A stretch of 17,848 nt of DNA from a virus: UHGV virus genome UHGV-0189394; one strand, written 5' to 3'. Below the pieces are notes generated by a model, which saw only the letters and a program-made list of their open reading frames with translations, had not been told where the DNA came from and did no database searches. Positions within the stretch are counted from its first letter, which is position 1, and every line of letters begins with the position of its first letter. A program made the position numbers and the translations under genes. Below, piece after piece: positions 8,916 through 16,852 of this stretch.

Positions 8916-8942
8916 AAAACGCCCGACTGACGGGCGTTTTTA
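8916..8942. terminator. bidirectional rho-independent terminator between convergent tfa and U
   Basis: aaaa-ACGCCCG-actga-CGGGCGT-ttttt: GC-rich 7-bp stem flanked by an A tract on one side and a T tract on the other, lying between the tfa stop (8910) and the U stop (8943). Confidence 0.8.
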
Positions 8943-9416
8943 TTATCTTACCAGTGTCAGTGCAGAGCTGACGCCGGACTTGATATTATTTGTCAGATCC
9001 CCCAGAGATGAAGACTGAAGGCGCTCACGCAAATCTTCATTCACACGCTCAAAGGTCACCGTAAACTCAATCTTCCGGGCCTTGCCATAGCGATCAAGCT
9101 CTGAGCGCGTGGTATTCAGCGCGGTGATAACGTACATACCGTAAATCTGACCAACACCATCAATCAGCGGCCAGGGACGCCCCGCATACGCCTGAGTTGT
9201 CAGCGCCGTGAGCGAGACTTCACCGCCTGTTATTTCCGGGTAGAGAAGACCGGAAAGCGTGATGGTATCGTCCCCCGCACCGATATACTGCCAGCTTGCC
9301 GAGCGGTTGATCCGCTCGTTCTTCACATGACGCCAGTTACGGGACTGCTGTATCTGCTGGTGTGGCAGCGTGCTTAACTGAAAAACAAACATGCCGTAAA
9401 TCATCATCATAACCAT
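8943..9416 (-). CDS. U: tail protein U
   Basis: Product (..MMMIYGMFVFQLSTLPHQQ...WPLIDGVGQIYGMYVI...KIEFTVTFERV) resembles P2 gpU. The track ORF starts at GTG 9419; I place the start at ATG 9416, but ATGs at 9410-9404 are equally possible (AGGAG lies just upstream). Confidence 0.8.
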   Translation of the reverse strand: MVMMMIYGMFVFQLSTLPHQQIQQSRNWRHVKNERINRSASWQYIGAGDDTITLSGLLYPEITGGEVSLTALTTQAYAGRPWPLIDGVGQIYGMYVITALNTTRSELDRYGKARKIEFTVTFERVNEDLRERLQSSSLGDLTNNIKSGVSSALTLVR

Positions 9417-9421
9417 CACTC

Positions 9422-12307
9422 CTAATCACGATCGCGGAAGCTGTTCATACCGCCGACTTGTCTGCGAATTTCTTCCCGTACCGCCTCCCCCACCATTCTG
9501 GCAAGGTCGCGCGGATTCTGCGTAACCACGTTATGAAGGTGAACGTGAATTTCCCCATCAAACACAGGCGACGGCGCAGGAGCAGATGCACGCGATGCAG
9601 CACCCGATGATGGAGAAACCGGTGCCCACTGCTTAACCTCCACAGGACGGGAAGTATCCGGGGAAACAACCGGAGACACGGGTGAAAGCGCTGGCACAGG
9701 CGGAAGTACGGGGGCAACAGTCGGTTCATTCCACTGCCCACGAACGGCCAGCGCGCGGGGGAGATTTTTAAACACGATATCGCCGGGGCCGATACGCTTA
9801 CGGGCTTCCTGAAGCATACCCGACGTATTGCCTTCGATACCCTTGAGCCTGCGAAGAACGCCACTGGTACCGTCATTTATTCCCGGAGGATTACCACCTT
9901 TGGGATCCACGCCCCCCGTATTACCGCCAGCCACCGGTTTGCCCTTCCCTGCGTTATCACTGGTGGCAGATTCAGCCATACTGGGGGACCATGCCTTCTG
10001 AACCATTTTTTTCTGAACAGGGTCCCACTCCCACATAACCGGAGCCTTTGCAACTGCCTCAGCACGATTTTTCGCCCGCTCAACTTCAGAGGGGAGCACG
10101 CCGAGTTTTTCCAGCACCCATGCCAGGCCGTCCATCAGAGCCTGAAGAGGAGTAAGCGCAAGCGATATCGCCCCGCTGAGCACGCGACCAAAAGTTTCCC
10201 CGGCCGATGTACACCGTTCAAGAGATTCATTACTGGCCTGAACCGGCGTGAGCAACCGGGTAAACCAGTCGAACACCGTGGACACCGCACCCGATACCAG
10301 ATCAAACAGCGGCGCAAACTGAGCAATACTTTCACGAACAGGCGCAAGGCCAGCCCACAGCGCCCGGAATGTGCCGAGCATGAAGGCCTTAACCTGTTCC
10401 CAGTGACGCCATATGAGCAGCGCCCCACCGGCAAGGGCAGCAATCACGAGACCAACAGGACTGAGAAGACCGGCAAGCGCCCCGCCCAGCACCGAAAACG
10501 CACCGGATACCATCCCCCACAGTGCCGGAAGTCCGGACAGGCGAAGGACAAGACCACTGACGCCGGTTGCAACGGAGGAAAGTCCGCCACCAAGAAGCGC
10601 AGAGCCAAGCTGAAGTTTTGCAAAAACCCCCGTCAGCAATCCACCACCGACAGACAGCGCGCCTATGGCCGTTGTGGCCGCAAGCACGCCCCCCACGGTA
10701 AGGGTCAGTGTGCGTACAAGCTGTGGGTTTTCCTGAATCCACGACCTGAAACGTTCGCCCACAGAAGCAACAGCCTGTACAAGCTCGCGGATATCATCAG
10801 TAACCAGCGACACAACATCACTGCGTATACCGGAGAAGACGCCAGACAGACGATCGGCATCACCGCCGAGGTTATCCCGCAGGACATCCCCCATTCGCCG
10901 GGCGGTTCCCTGAACCTGTCCCATACGGTCTGATACCGTTGCCAGCGAGCGGAGAAAATCCGGGATCTGGTCAACGGCAAGATCTTCAATGGGTGTGCCG
11001 AACAGCGCTATCGCCGCATTAGCCCGTTCTGCCGGATCCTGAATCTTCAGCAGCCCGGCAGCCGTTCGCTGCATTGCCTCGCGTGCAGCTGCGCCTCCGC
11101 TGGCAATCGCTGACGACATTCTTTCAGCGTTAAGGCCAATCAGCTCATAGGCCTCAACGCTTGCTTTGGACATATCCGAGCCGCGAATACTGAATTCCTT
11201 GACGGCATCGCCGGTTTTATCCAGGGCGAATTTTCCCTGCTGTGCCATGCTGACAAGCAGCGTCATGGTTTCAGAGCCGGAAAGCCCCATATTGCGGAAG
11301 TGCGTGGAATACTCATGCAGAATTTCAGGAAGTTCAGCGCGCATTTCGGCAGACATTTTCTGCATCCCTGCCGCCATCAGGTCGACCGCCTCCCCGGCAT
11401 TTGCGGCAAGCCCGTTTTTCAGCATGATTCCGGCAGCCTGAACCTGTTCAGCCACACTACCGCCGGTGACCTGAGCAAGATCCAGCGCCTGACGTGTCAC
11501 CCGTTCGAGCTCTTCAGTCCCCACCGTACCCAGTGCGCCAAGCGTGCTTTGCGTCGCAGCTGCCGCCTCTGAAATCATTGCGATATCCGTTGCGACACCT
11601 GACGCCCGGATATTCTGAATCATCCGGCTGTAGCGCTGCCCGTCCTCCGCACTGCCGCCACTCTGTGCCGCAATAAGCGCGCCCTGCCGTTGCTCTTCAA
11701 CAACAGGCGCAACCGCATGTCCGGCGGCGTACAGACCAGCACTGCCCGCCGCCATGGCAACCGCTCCGCGCTGGCTGAGTTTACCGGCGATATCCTGAAC
11801 ACGATCGTAACGTTGCTGTGCCTGCGTGACGCGCGCAAGCTGAGCCTGCTGGCGTTCAAGCTGATCGTTGTATTCCTGCGTTCGCCTGATTGCTTCCTCC
11901 ACAGCGCGGTTACTTCCGTCAGCCCGTATGCCGTGAGCTTCCAGTTCGCGACCGGCCTCCCGTAATCGGGACTGGTGAAGGGAGTACACAGTATTAAGGC
12001 GCTCAACCTTTGCGGTCAGCGCCCTGAGAGTTTCCTGCTGCTTTTCCGTCAGTGCTGTGCCGGTGCGCTGTGCTTCCTGAAGGCGCTGAAGTCGCGCACG
12101 CGCATCATTCAGACTGTTTTCAGTCGAAGCGACCTGCTGACGGGCACGGGAAAACGCATCACTGCTTCGCTGGAGTGACTTAAGCGCGTTCTGTGTGGAC
12201 GAAAGGGATTCAGAAAGCGCGCCGGTCATTTCCCGGGCGCGCCTGACAGGTTGGGTGAGACGGTCGACCGCAGTGAGGGCTACACGTATCTGGAGATTAT
12301 TACTCAT
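9422..12307 (-). CDS. T: tail tape measure protein T
   Basis: Long ORF between E/E' and U with an Ala/Gly-rich hydrophobic central region typical of tape measure proteins. Start placed at ATG 12307-12305 (MSNNLQ...), which overlaps the E' stop; the track's GTG at 12361 would lie inside E'. Confidence 0.85.
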   Translation of the reverse strand: MSNNLQIRVALTAVDRLTQPVRRAREMTGALSESLSSTQNALKSLQRSSDAFSRARQQVASTENSLNDARARLQRLQEAQRTGTALTEKQQETLRALTAKVERLNTVYSLHQSRLREAGRELEAHGIRADGSNRAVEEAIRRTQEYNDQLERQQAQLARVTQAQQRYDRVQDIAGKLSQRGAVAMAAGSAGLYAAGHAVAPVVEEQRQGALIAAQSGGSAEDGQRYSRMIQNIRASGVATDIAMISEAAAATQSTLGALGTVGTEELERVTRQALDLAQVTGGSVAEQVQAAGIMLKNGLAANAGEAVDLMAAGMQKMSAEMRAELPEILHEYSTHFRNMGLSGSETMTLLVSMAQQGKFALDKTGDAVKEFSIRGSDMSKASVEAYELIGLNAERMSSAIASGGAAAREAMQRTAAGLLKIQDPAERANAAIALFGTPIEDLAVDQIPDFLRSLATVSDRMGQVQGTARRMGDVLRDNLGGDADRLSGVFSGIRSDVVSLVTDDIRELVQAVASVGERFRSWIQENPQLVRTLTLTVGGVLAATTAIGALSVGGGLLTGVFAKLQLGSALLGGGLSSVATGVSGLVLRLSGLPALWGMVSGAFSVLGGALAGLLSPVGLVIAALAGGALLIWRHWEQVKAFMLGTFRALWAGLAPVRESIAQFAPLFDLVSGAVSTVFDWFTRLLTPVQASNESLERCTSAGETFGRVLSGAISLALTPLQALMDGLAWVLEKLGVLPSEVERAKNRAEAVAKAPVMWEWDPVQKKMVQKAWSPSMAESATSDNAGKGKPVAGGNTGGVDPKGGNPPGINDGTSGVLRRLKGIEGNTSGMLQEARKRIGPGDIVFKNLPRALAVRGQWNEPTVAPVLPPVPALSPVSPVVSPDTSRPVEVKQWAPVSPSSGAASRASAPAPSPVFDGEIHVHLHNVVTQNPRDLARMVGEAVREEIRRQVGGMNSFRDRD

Positions 12308-12847
12308 CGTTATGATTCCCGGTTCTGGCAGCCGCCCGCTCTCGCCAGGCAACAACCTCACCAGGACTCATACCGAATATCTCTGCGGGCGACCAGTTAA
12401 AGACAACAGCGATATCAGCGACAAGCTCTTCGATATCGTCAAACAGGAGACGAATTACATCACACCTGTATTCGTCTTTTTCTTGCCGGGCAAGGCCTTC
12501 GGCGAGAAAAAATACGTTGCCGCCGTGGAAAGCGCCCCGAAATCCTCCGTGCGCATGGTCGACAGTTCCGCTTCAGTAAGGCGGGGCTCTGTAACACGAG
12601 CGAGATAAACGCACATCGCGTTAAAGTTCAGGCTGTACAGGTGAGCCAGAGACAGACCACGCAGCGAACCACTCTGACGGGCACGCTCGCCAATCTTCAC
12701 ATGTGTAATAATCTGTTCGCCACGGATGACCGGGTTTGTTAATTCAATGAGCTCACCGTTATAGGCAACCTCATTACCATCAGCAGCATCGAAGTCGTCG
12801 ACGTTATCAGCACCGACAACCGGCATTTCGTTTTGTTTTTTTGACAT
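12300..12847 (-). CDS. tail assembly chaperone E+E' (predicted -1 programmed frameshift product)
   Basis: Slippery heptamer T TTT TTC on the - strand (12512-12506) at codons 112-114 of E. Hand translation of the -1 frame from 12506 gives a 68-codon extension (LAEGLARQEKDEYRCDVIRLLFDDIEELVADIAVVFNWSPAEIFGMSPGEVVAWRERAAARTGNHNDE) ending TAA 12302-12300, overlapping the T start. Confidence 0.6.
12455..12847 (-). CDS. E: tail assembly chaperone E
   Basis: 130-aa ORF with AGGAG 9 nt upstream of ATG 12847; sits between FII and T as in P2 and contains a slippery run near its 3' end. Confidence 0.8.
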   Translation of the reverse strand: MSKKQNEMPVVGADNVDDFDAADGNEVAYNGELIELTNPVIRGEQIITHVKIGERARQSGSLRGLSLAHLYSLNFNAMCVYLARVTEPRLTEAELSTMRTEDFGALSTAATYFFSPKALPGKKKTNTGVM

Positions 12848-12892
12848 TGTGAAATTCTCCTGGCGGCCACACGACCGCCGTCAGTCAGTTAA

Positions 12893-13405
12893 TCAGCCAA
12901 GCCCCAGCATGGAGCGGGTGCGGTCAGGCAACACATCCTTGCCATCAACGCGCCAGATGAAGTTCAGCACGTCGATTTCAATAACATCGCTGTTATCAAC
13001 GCTGAGCTTGTACCAGGTGCATTTCATCGCGTAGGTATGTTCGGTATCCTCACCCTGTTTGGCTTCGCCCTTGTCGATTTCGACAATGCGCCCACGGGCT
13101 TCAATATCGACGTACTCAATACCCTCTTCGGAATAGTATTCACCCGAGAAGCGCACACGTACCGCATCAATGCCTGCGGCATATTTGGCAAAGATGTGAC
13201 GGTCCACGCCGCCAACCGCAAAGGAGAGATCCAGCGCACCGTCATCAAGCCCGAGATCCACCGCCGCAGAGCCTGGCATACCCGCACCGCGATACGCTTC
13301 AGTCTTGCGGGTCAGCTTGGGCGGAGTGAAGGAGGTCACCTTACCCAGCTTGTTGTCACCGTCCACAAAGACGGTAAACACACGAAGTTTTTTTGGCACG
13401 GCCAT
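12893..13405 (-). CDS. FII: tail tube protein FII
   Basis: 170-aa ORF (P2 FII ~172 aa); its start overlaps the FI stop (TGATG). Confidence 0.9.
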   Translation of the reverse strand: MAVPKKLRVFTVFVDGDNKLGKVTSFTPPKLTRKTEAYRGAGMPGSAAVDLGLDDGALDLSFAVGGVDRHIFAKYAAGIDAVRVRFSGEYYSEEGIEYVDIEARGRIVEIDKGEAKQGEDTEHTYAMKCTWYKLSVDNSDVIEIDVLNFIWRVDGKDVLPDRTRSMLGLG

Positions 13406-14610
13406 CAGTTACCCCCTCCCAGAGATGCAAAAGCAGAACTGAAGAACTCGTCAGTAAACGTCTGATAGAGTTCCATGCACTCCATAGGCGGAACAGGGGT
13501 GTATTTGTAGCGAATACGCACAATACCCTGACGAAGGCTGGTTGTGTCGTTGTCGATGATATCGAACCAGCATTCCGCCCCGATAAGTTTTCCGGCCGTG
13601 ACCAGCGCATCCAGTTTTGCCTTGATAGCGCTTACCGCATCCTTCGCGTTGGCTGGCGTCAACGGTGAATCCACCACCTGAAGCTGTGCCTCTGCGATAC
13701 CGTCAGCCAGTTGTTGCGCCGTACGGGTGTACACCTCAAAGATATACTCCGCCGTTTCCGGCGTACGGTTCCCCCAGAAACGGAAGGAGCCGTCACCCTG
13801 GTGAATAATCGTCGTCACCTCACTGCTGTTCAGCGTGTTGGCATCGCTGTTTTCATCCTGAAGCGACCAGGAAACCGACGCAGAGATCCCGAGAACATTC
13901 TTCACAGGGATGTTTGAAAGAGAGCGATGCCAGCCCTGTTCGTGGTCGATTCGGGCACGAAGACCGCACGCATACGCCGCAGCCGGGAAAGTTTCGCTTT
14001 TACCGGATGCAGGGTTGAACGCCGTGAAATCAGGCCACAGAAGCATGATTTCACGCCCGGAAATCTTTTTGCGGAATGCAATGGCATCGGACGGTTTTGT
14101 ACATGCCGGGCAGCCGGAATACGCAAAAGCGCGCATTTTGCCCGCAATCGTCACCAGTGCCGCCGTAACGGCCTCGGACTCAAGACCGGGTGCCGCCAGG
14201 ATACGCGGACGACAGCCAATCCCTTCCATCTGTTCAGCAACCAGAAGAGCCTGCATCCCCGTGTAACTGCCATCAGCCTCCACGGTACCAATAACAAGCT
14301 GGTCCTGATTCTTCCCTCCCTCGGTGTCTTCCTCCTCTTTGGCTTCAGCGACACGCACGACGATAACGCGCGTGCTGACCTGATCGGAGATAGCCTTAAG
14401 AGATTTGTAGAGCGTCCCCTTTGTGCCAGCCTTACCCAGAACATTATTGACTCGTGTTAACAGCACCGGCGTGTCAAGCGGGAACTGCTCTTCATCAGCA
14501 TCATCTGCAACAGCAATAATCCCAATGACACTGGAATCAACGTCATTAATTGCCGTCACCAGATCGGTGTTTTCCCTGACGCGCACACCGTGAAATCGCG
14601 TTTCAGCCAT
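13405..14610 (-). CDS. FI: contractile tail sheath protein FI
   Basis: ~400-aa ORF resembling P2 gpFI. Start placed at ATG 14610 (MAETRFHGVRV..., GGTGA 5 nt upstream) rather than the track's ATG 14622, which has no RBS. Confidence 0.9.
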   Translation of the reverse strand: MAETRFHGVRVRENTDLVTAINDVDSSVIGIIAVADDADEEQFPLDTPVLLTRVNNVLGKAGTKGTLYKSLKAISDQVSTRVIVVRVAEAKEEEDTEGGKNQDQLVIGTVEADGSYTGMQALLVAEQMEGIGCRPRILAAPGLESEAVTAALVTIAGKMRAFAYSGCPACTKPSDAIAFRKKISGREIMLLWPDFTAFNPASGKSETFPAAAYACGLRARIDHEQGWHRSLSNIPVKNVLGISASVSWSLQDENSDANTLNSSEVTTIIHQGDGSFRFWGNRTPETAEYIFEVYTRTAQQLADGIAEAQLQVVDSPLTPANAKDAVSAIKAKLDALVTAGKLIGAECWFDIIDNDTTSLRQGIVRIRYKYTPVPPMECMELYQTFTDEFFSSAFASLGGGN

Positions 14611-14685
14611 ACGATTCACCATCAGTTATGTTTAAGCTCGCCTGAATAATCCACTACTGGCGCGCAGCCTTCACGTGATGCGGGT

Positions 14686-14703
14686 TGTGGGGATTTTTTT
14701 ACA
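14686..14703. promoter_or_regulatory. Ogr/Delta-type late-promoter activator box (TGT-N12-ACA) in the divergent FI / D intergenic region
   Basis: Seen directly: TGT ggggattttttt ACA, with exactly 12 nt between the half-sites. It lies ~57 bp upstream of a GATGAT -10-like hexamer (14739-14744) before the D RBS (GGGAGGGG) and ATG 14764, and ~85 bp from the FI start on the other strand. Confidence 0.5.
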
Positions 14704-14763
14704 ACATAGCCGGACAGAAACGACAGGGTACGCGTGGGATGATACGCACACGGGAGGGGCATC

Positions 14764-15909
14764 ATGAGTATCACTGAATCAGTAACACATCACATCAACA
14801 GCGCACTGGATGCAGCGGAAGACACAGTGAGGGTACCGGACTTCACTATCACACTGGAAGGAAAAGATGCCAGCCTGAAGAACATCACGCAGCGCATCAT
14901 GAGCCTCACCATGACAGACAACAGGGGTTTTGAGGCTGACAGGGTGACGCTGGAAATCGACGACGCCGACGGCGAGGTGGTACTTCCGGAACGTGGAACA
15001 AGATTATCTCTGTCTCTGGGATGGAAAGGTGAAAGCCTCACACACAAAGGGACGTTCGTTGTGGATGAAGTCGCGCACGACGGGCCACCGGATAAGCTGA
15101 CCATCTCCGCGAACAGCGCGGATTTTCGCGAAGAGTTTAACGTAAAACGCGAAGTCTCATGGCATGACGTGACCGTTGAGCGTGTGGTGTCTGCCATCGC
15201 CCACCGTTACGGACTGAAAGCCCAAATCAGCGAAATGTTGATGAACATCGAAATCGACCATGCCGACCAGACAGAGGAAAGTGATATGTCATTCCTAACG
15301 CGCATGGCTGACATGCTGGGTGCAATAGCCACCGTAAAAAACGGGTGCCTGCTGTTCATTCTGCCGGGTGGTGGTGTGACGGCCAGCGGTCACGCCCTCC
15401 CCTCTTTCTCCCTGACCCGTTCGGATGGCGACAGCCACCGGTTCCGCATTGCTGACAGACAGGCCTACACCGGGGTGAAGGCTTACTGGCTGGATTTAAA
15501 GTTCGGTCAGAAGAAGGCCGTGAACGTGAAAAAGCGAAACGCGCAAACCACGCAGAAGCCGGAGAAAAGCAGTTCACGGGAGGGCGGATACATGGAAGGC
15601 GCAGAAGGCAACGTGTATGTGCTGAGAAGAACCTACCCGAACGAAGAGGCCGCGCGTCGCGCAGCTGCCGCACGCTGGCAGCAACTTCAGCGGGGCGCAG
15701 CGGAATTCAGCATCACGCTGGCGCGCGGACGCGCCGACCTGTATCCGGAGATGCACGGCACGGTATCCGGGTTCAAGAGCGACATTGACAATCAGGACTG
15801 GATTATTTCGCGCATTGAACACGTCATCGACGACAGCGGCTTCACCACCAGACTGGAGCTGGAAGCAAAAATCGCAGACTGGATAGCAGAGAGTAACACG
15901 ACTGGCTAG
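14764..15909 (+). CDS. D: tail protein D (late control gene D family; gp27/VgrG-like baseplate hub)
   Basis: 381-aa ORF (P2 gpD ~387 aa) with a strong RBS, immediately upstream of ogr as in P2. Confidence 0.85.
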   Translation: MSITESVTHHINSALDAAEDTVRVPDFTITLEGKDASLKNITQRIMSLTMTDNRGFEADRVTLEIDDADGEVVLPERGTRLSLSLGWKGESLTHKGTFVVDEVAHDGPPDKLTISANSADFREEFNVKREVSWHDVTVERVVSAIAHRYGLKAQISEMLMNIEIDHADQTEESDMSFLTRMADMLGAIATVKNGCLLFILPGGGVTASGHALPSFSLTRSDGDSHRFRIADRQAYTGVKAYWLDLKFGQKKAVNVKKRNAQTTQKPEKSSSREGGYMEGAEGNVYVLRRTYPNEEAARRAAAARWQQLQRGAAEFSITLARGRADLYPEMHGTVSGFKSDIDNQDWIISRIEHVIDDSGFTTRLELEAKIADWIAESNTTG

Positions 15910-15950
15910 AATGAGCGCGAGCCCACCCCGTTTCAGCCAGGGGGACCATC

Positions 15951-16253
15951 ATGCATCCTTGCCCATACTGCGGAGCAAGCACCCGCACCAGAACAAGCCG
16001 CAACGCCAACGACACAGGAACAATCAGGGAGAAATACTATCAGTGCAACAACATTGAATGCAGCGCAACCTTTGTGACTCACGAGTTTGTCGTGAGAACC
16101 GTATGCCGTCCGCAACCCACCGAAGAACGGGGAATTATTCCCGCAGACGCCTTCAAAGCATGTCACCGGGGGAGGGATCAACTCAGCCTTCCCCTGGGCG
16201 ATTGCGCCTCCCAGTCAAAAACTGTACATTACGCGCGGGTGCCTTTCGGCTGA
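15951..16253 (+). CDS. ogr: Ogr/Delta-family zinc-finger late transcription activator
   Basis: N-terminus MHPCPYCGASTRTRTSRNANDTGTIREKYYQCNNIECSATF has the C-x2-C...C-x4-C arrangement and surrounding residues of P2 Ogr; GGGGGA RBS upstream. The 100-aa ORF is longer than P2 Ogr (72 aa). Confidence 0.8.
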   Translation: MHPCPYCGASTRTRTSRNANDTGTIREKYYQCNNIECSATFVTHEFVVRTVCRPQPTEERGIIPADAFKACHRGRDQLSLPLGDCASQSKTVHYARVPFG

Positions 16254-16382
16254 CGGCTGGAAGGATTACCTGAAGGCCGGATGTGGAAAGGCCCCGAGTC
16301 AACTAAACGTTAACCCGAGGCCCTAACCATCTACCATAAGCAAGTGATAGGTTAGCGCCTCTCCAACAAAGGAGCAAGCGCT

Positions 16383-16523
16383 ATGTCGCAAAAATCGCTT
16401 ATGGCCATCACGTTCTGCGTGACGGCAATCCTCATCATCTGGATGTTACATGGTTCGCTGTGTGAAATACGGATGAACATATGGGGAGCGGAGTTTGCGG
16501 CGTTCCTACAGTGTAAACAGTAA
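16383..16523 (+). CDS. Hok/Gef-family type I toxin-like small membrane protein (46 aa)
   Basis: ATG 16383 with AGGAG 9 nt upstream, stop TAA 16521-16523. Product MSQKSLMAITFCVTAILIIWMLHGSLCEIRMNIWGAEFAAFLQCKQ has one TM helix followed by SLCEIR and a later AAF block, matching the Hok family signature as I recall it (R1 Hok ...SLCEIR...VAAFMAYE). Confidence 0.55.
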   Translation: MSQKSLMAITFCVTAILIIWMLHGSLCEIRMNIWGAEFAAFLQCKQ

Positions 16524-16616
16524 GGAAACCGCGACGGGGGAGTAATCCCCCGTCAATCGGTTGCCAGGGTAAAGCCGAAAGTAGCACCCTCACACGCAAG
16601 TCACAAAGAAAAACAA

Positions 16617-16647
16617 AGCCCGCAGCGTAAAAACTGCGGGCTTTTTT
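16617..16647 (+). terminator. rho-independent terminator
   Basis: AGCCCGCAG-cgtaaaaa-CTGCGGGCT followed by TTTTTT, ~95 nt downstream of the hok-like ORF. Confidence 0.75.
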
Positions 16648-16852
16648 GTATTCACATTTCGAAGATGTGGTCACTGCGTGGACACAGAGCGATGAAAATC
16701 CTTTCAAATCACAATGTTAACTAATTTTTTTCATTCATCAACAAGGATTTTCACGTTTGTGTTACCTGTATGAGACGAGAGTTAACCGGACAAGTGTGCC
16801 ATAATCTCGCGGCCAGGCATACTTGCGAAGATTTCAGGTATAAGGATACGTA

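Larger units (their letters stand above)
1..16647. mobile_element. P2-like myovirus prophage, late/tail-gene segment (partial; left end beyond window, right boundary somewhere between ogr and flk)
   Basis: Contiguous set of ORFs whose translations resemble P2 R, S, V, W, J, I, H, tail-fibre assembly, U, T, E/E', FII, FI, D and Ogr; tight or overlapping gene junctions (ATGA, GTGA, TGATG) typical of phage operons. Whether 1-1705 belongs to the prophage is uncertain. Confidence 0.75.

Noticed and set aside
9445-12178. Many ORFs embedded in or antisense to the tape measure gene (e.g. 9445-9876 -, 10389-10742 -, 10403-10933 +, 11620-12006 -)
   Set aside because: They are internal to a 962-codon ORF with typical tape-measure composition; no independent start signals.
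12308-12361. Track's upstream GTG start extension of the tape measure ORF (979 aa)
   Set aside because: That stretch is read in the -1 frame as the conserved-looking end of E'; ATG 12307 (MSNNLQ) overlapping the E' stop gives the usual E'-T coupling.
13393-14460. Plus-strand ORFs antisense to the sheath gene (13393-13668, 13910-14266, 13927-14460)
   Set aside because: Antisense to a well-supported sheath gene and Arg-rich; no RBS or motif support.
15951-16273. Overlapping ORF 16058-16273 (+) inside and after ogr
   Set aside because: Alternative frame of ogr with an Arg-rich product; ogr itself has the zinc-finger signature and an RBS.
16435-16707. Minus-strand 90-aa ORF antisense to the hok-like gene and terminator
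   Set aside because: No RBS and it spans a terminator hairpin; any antisense function here is more likely an RNA (Sok-like) than this protein.
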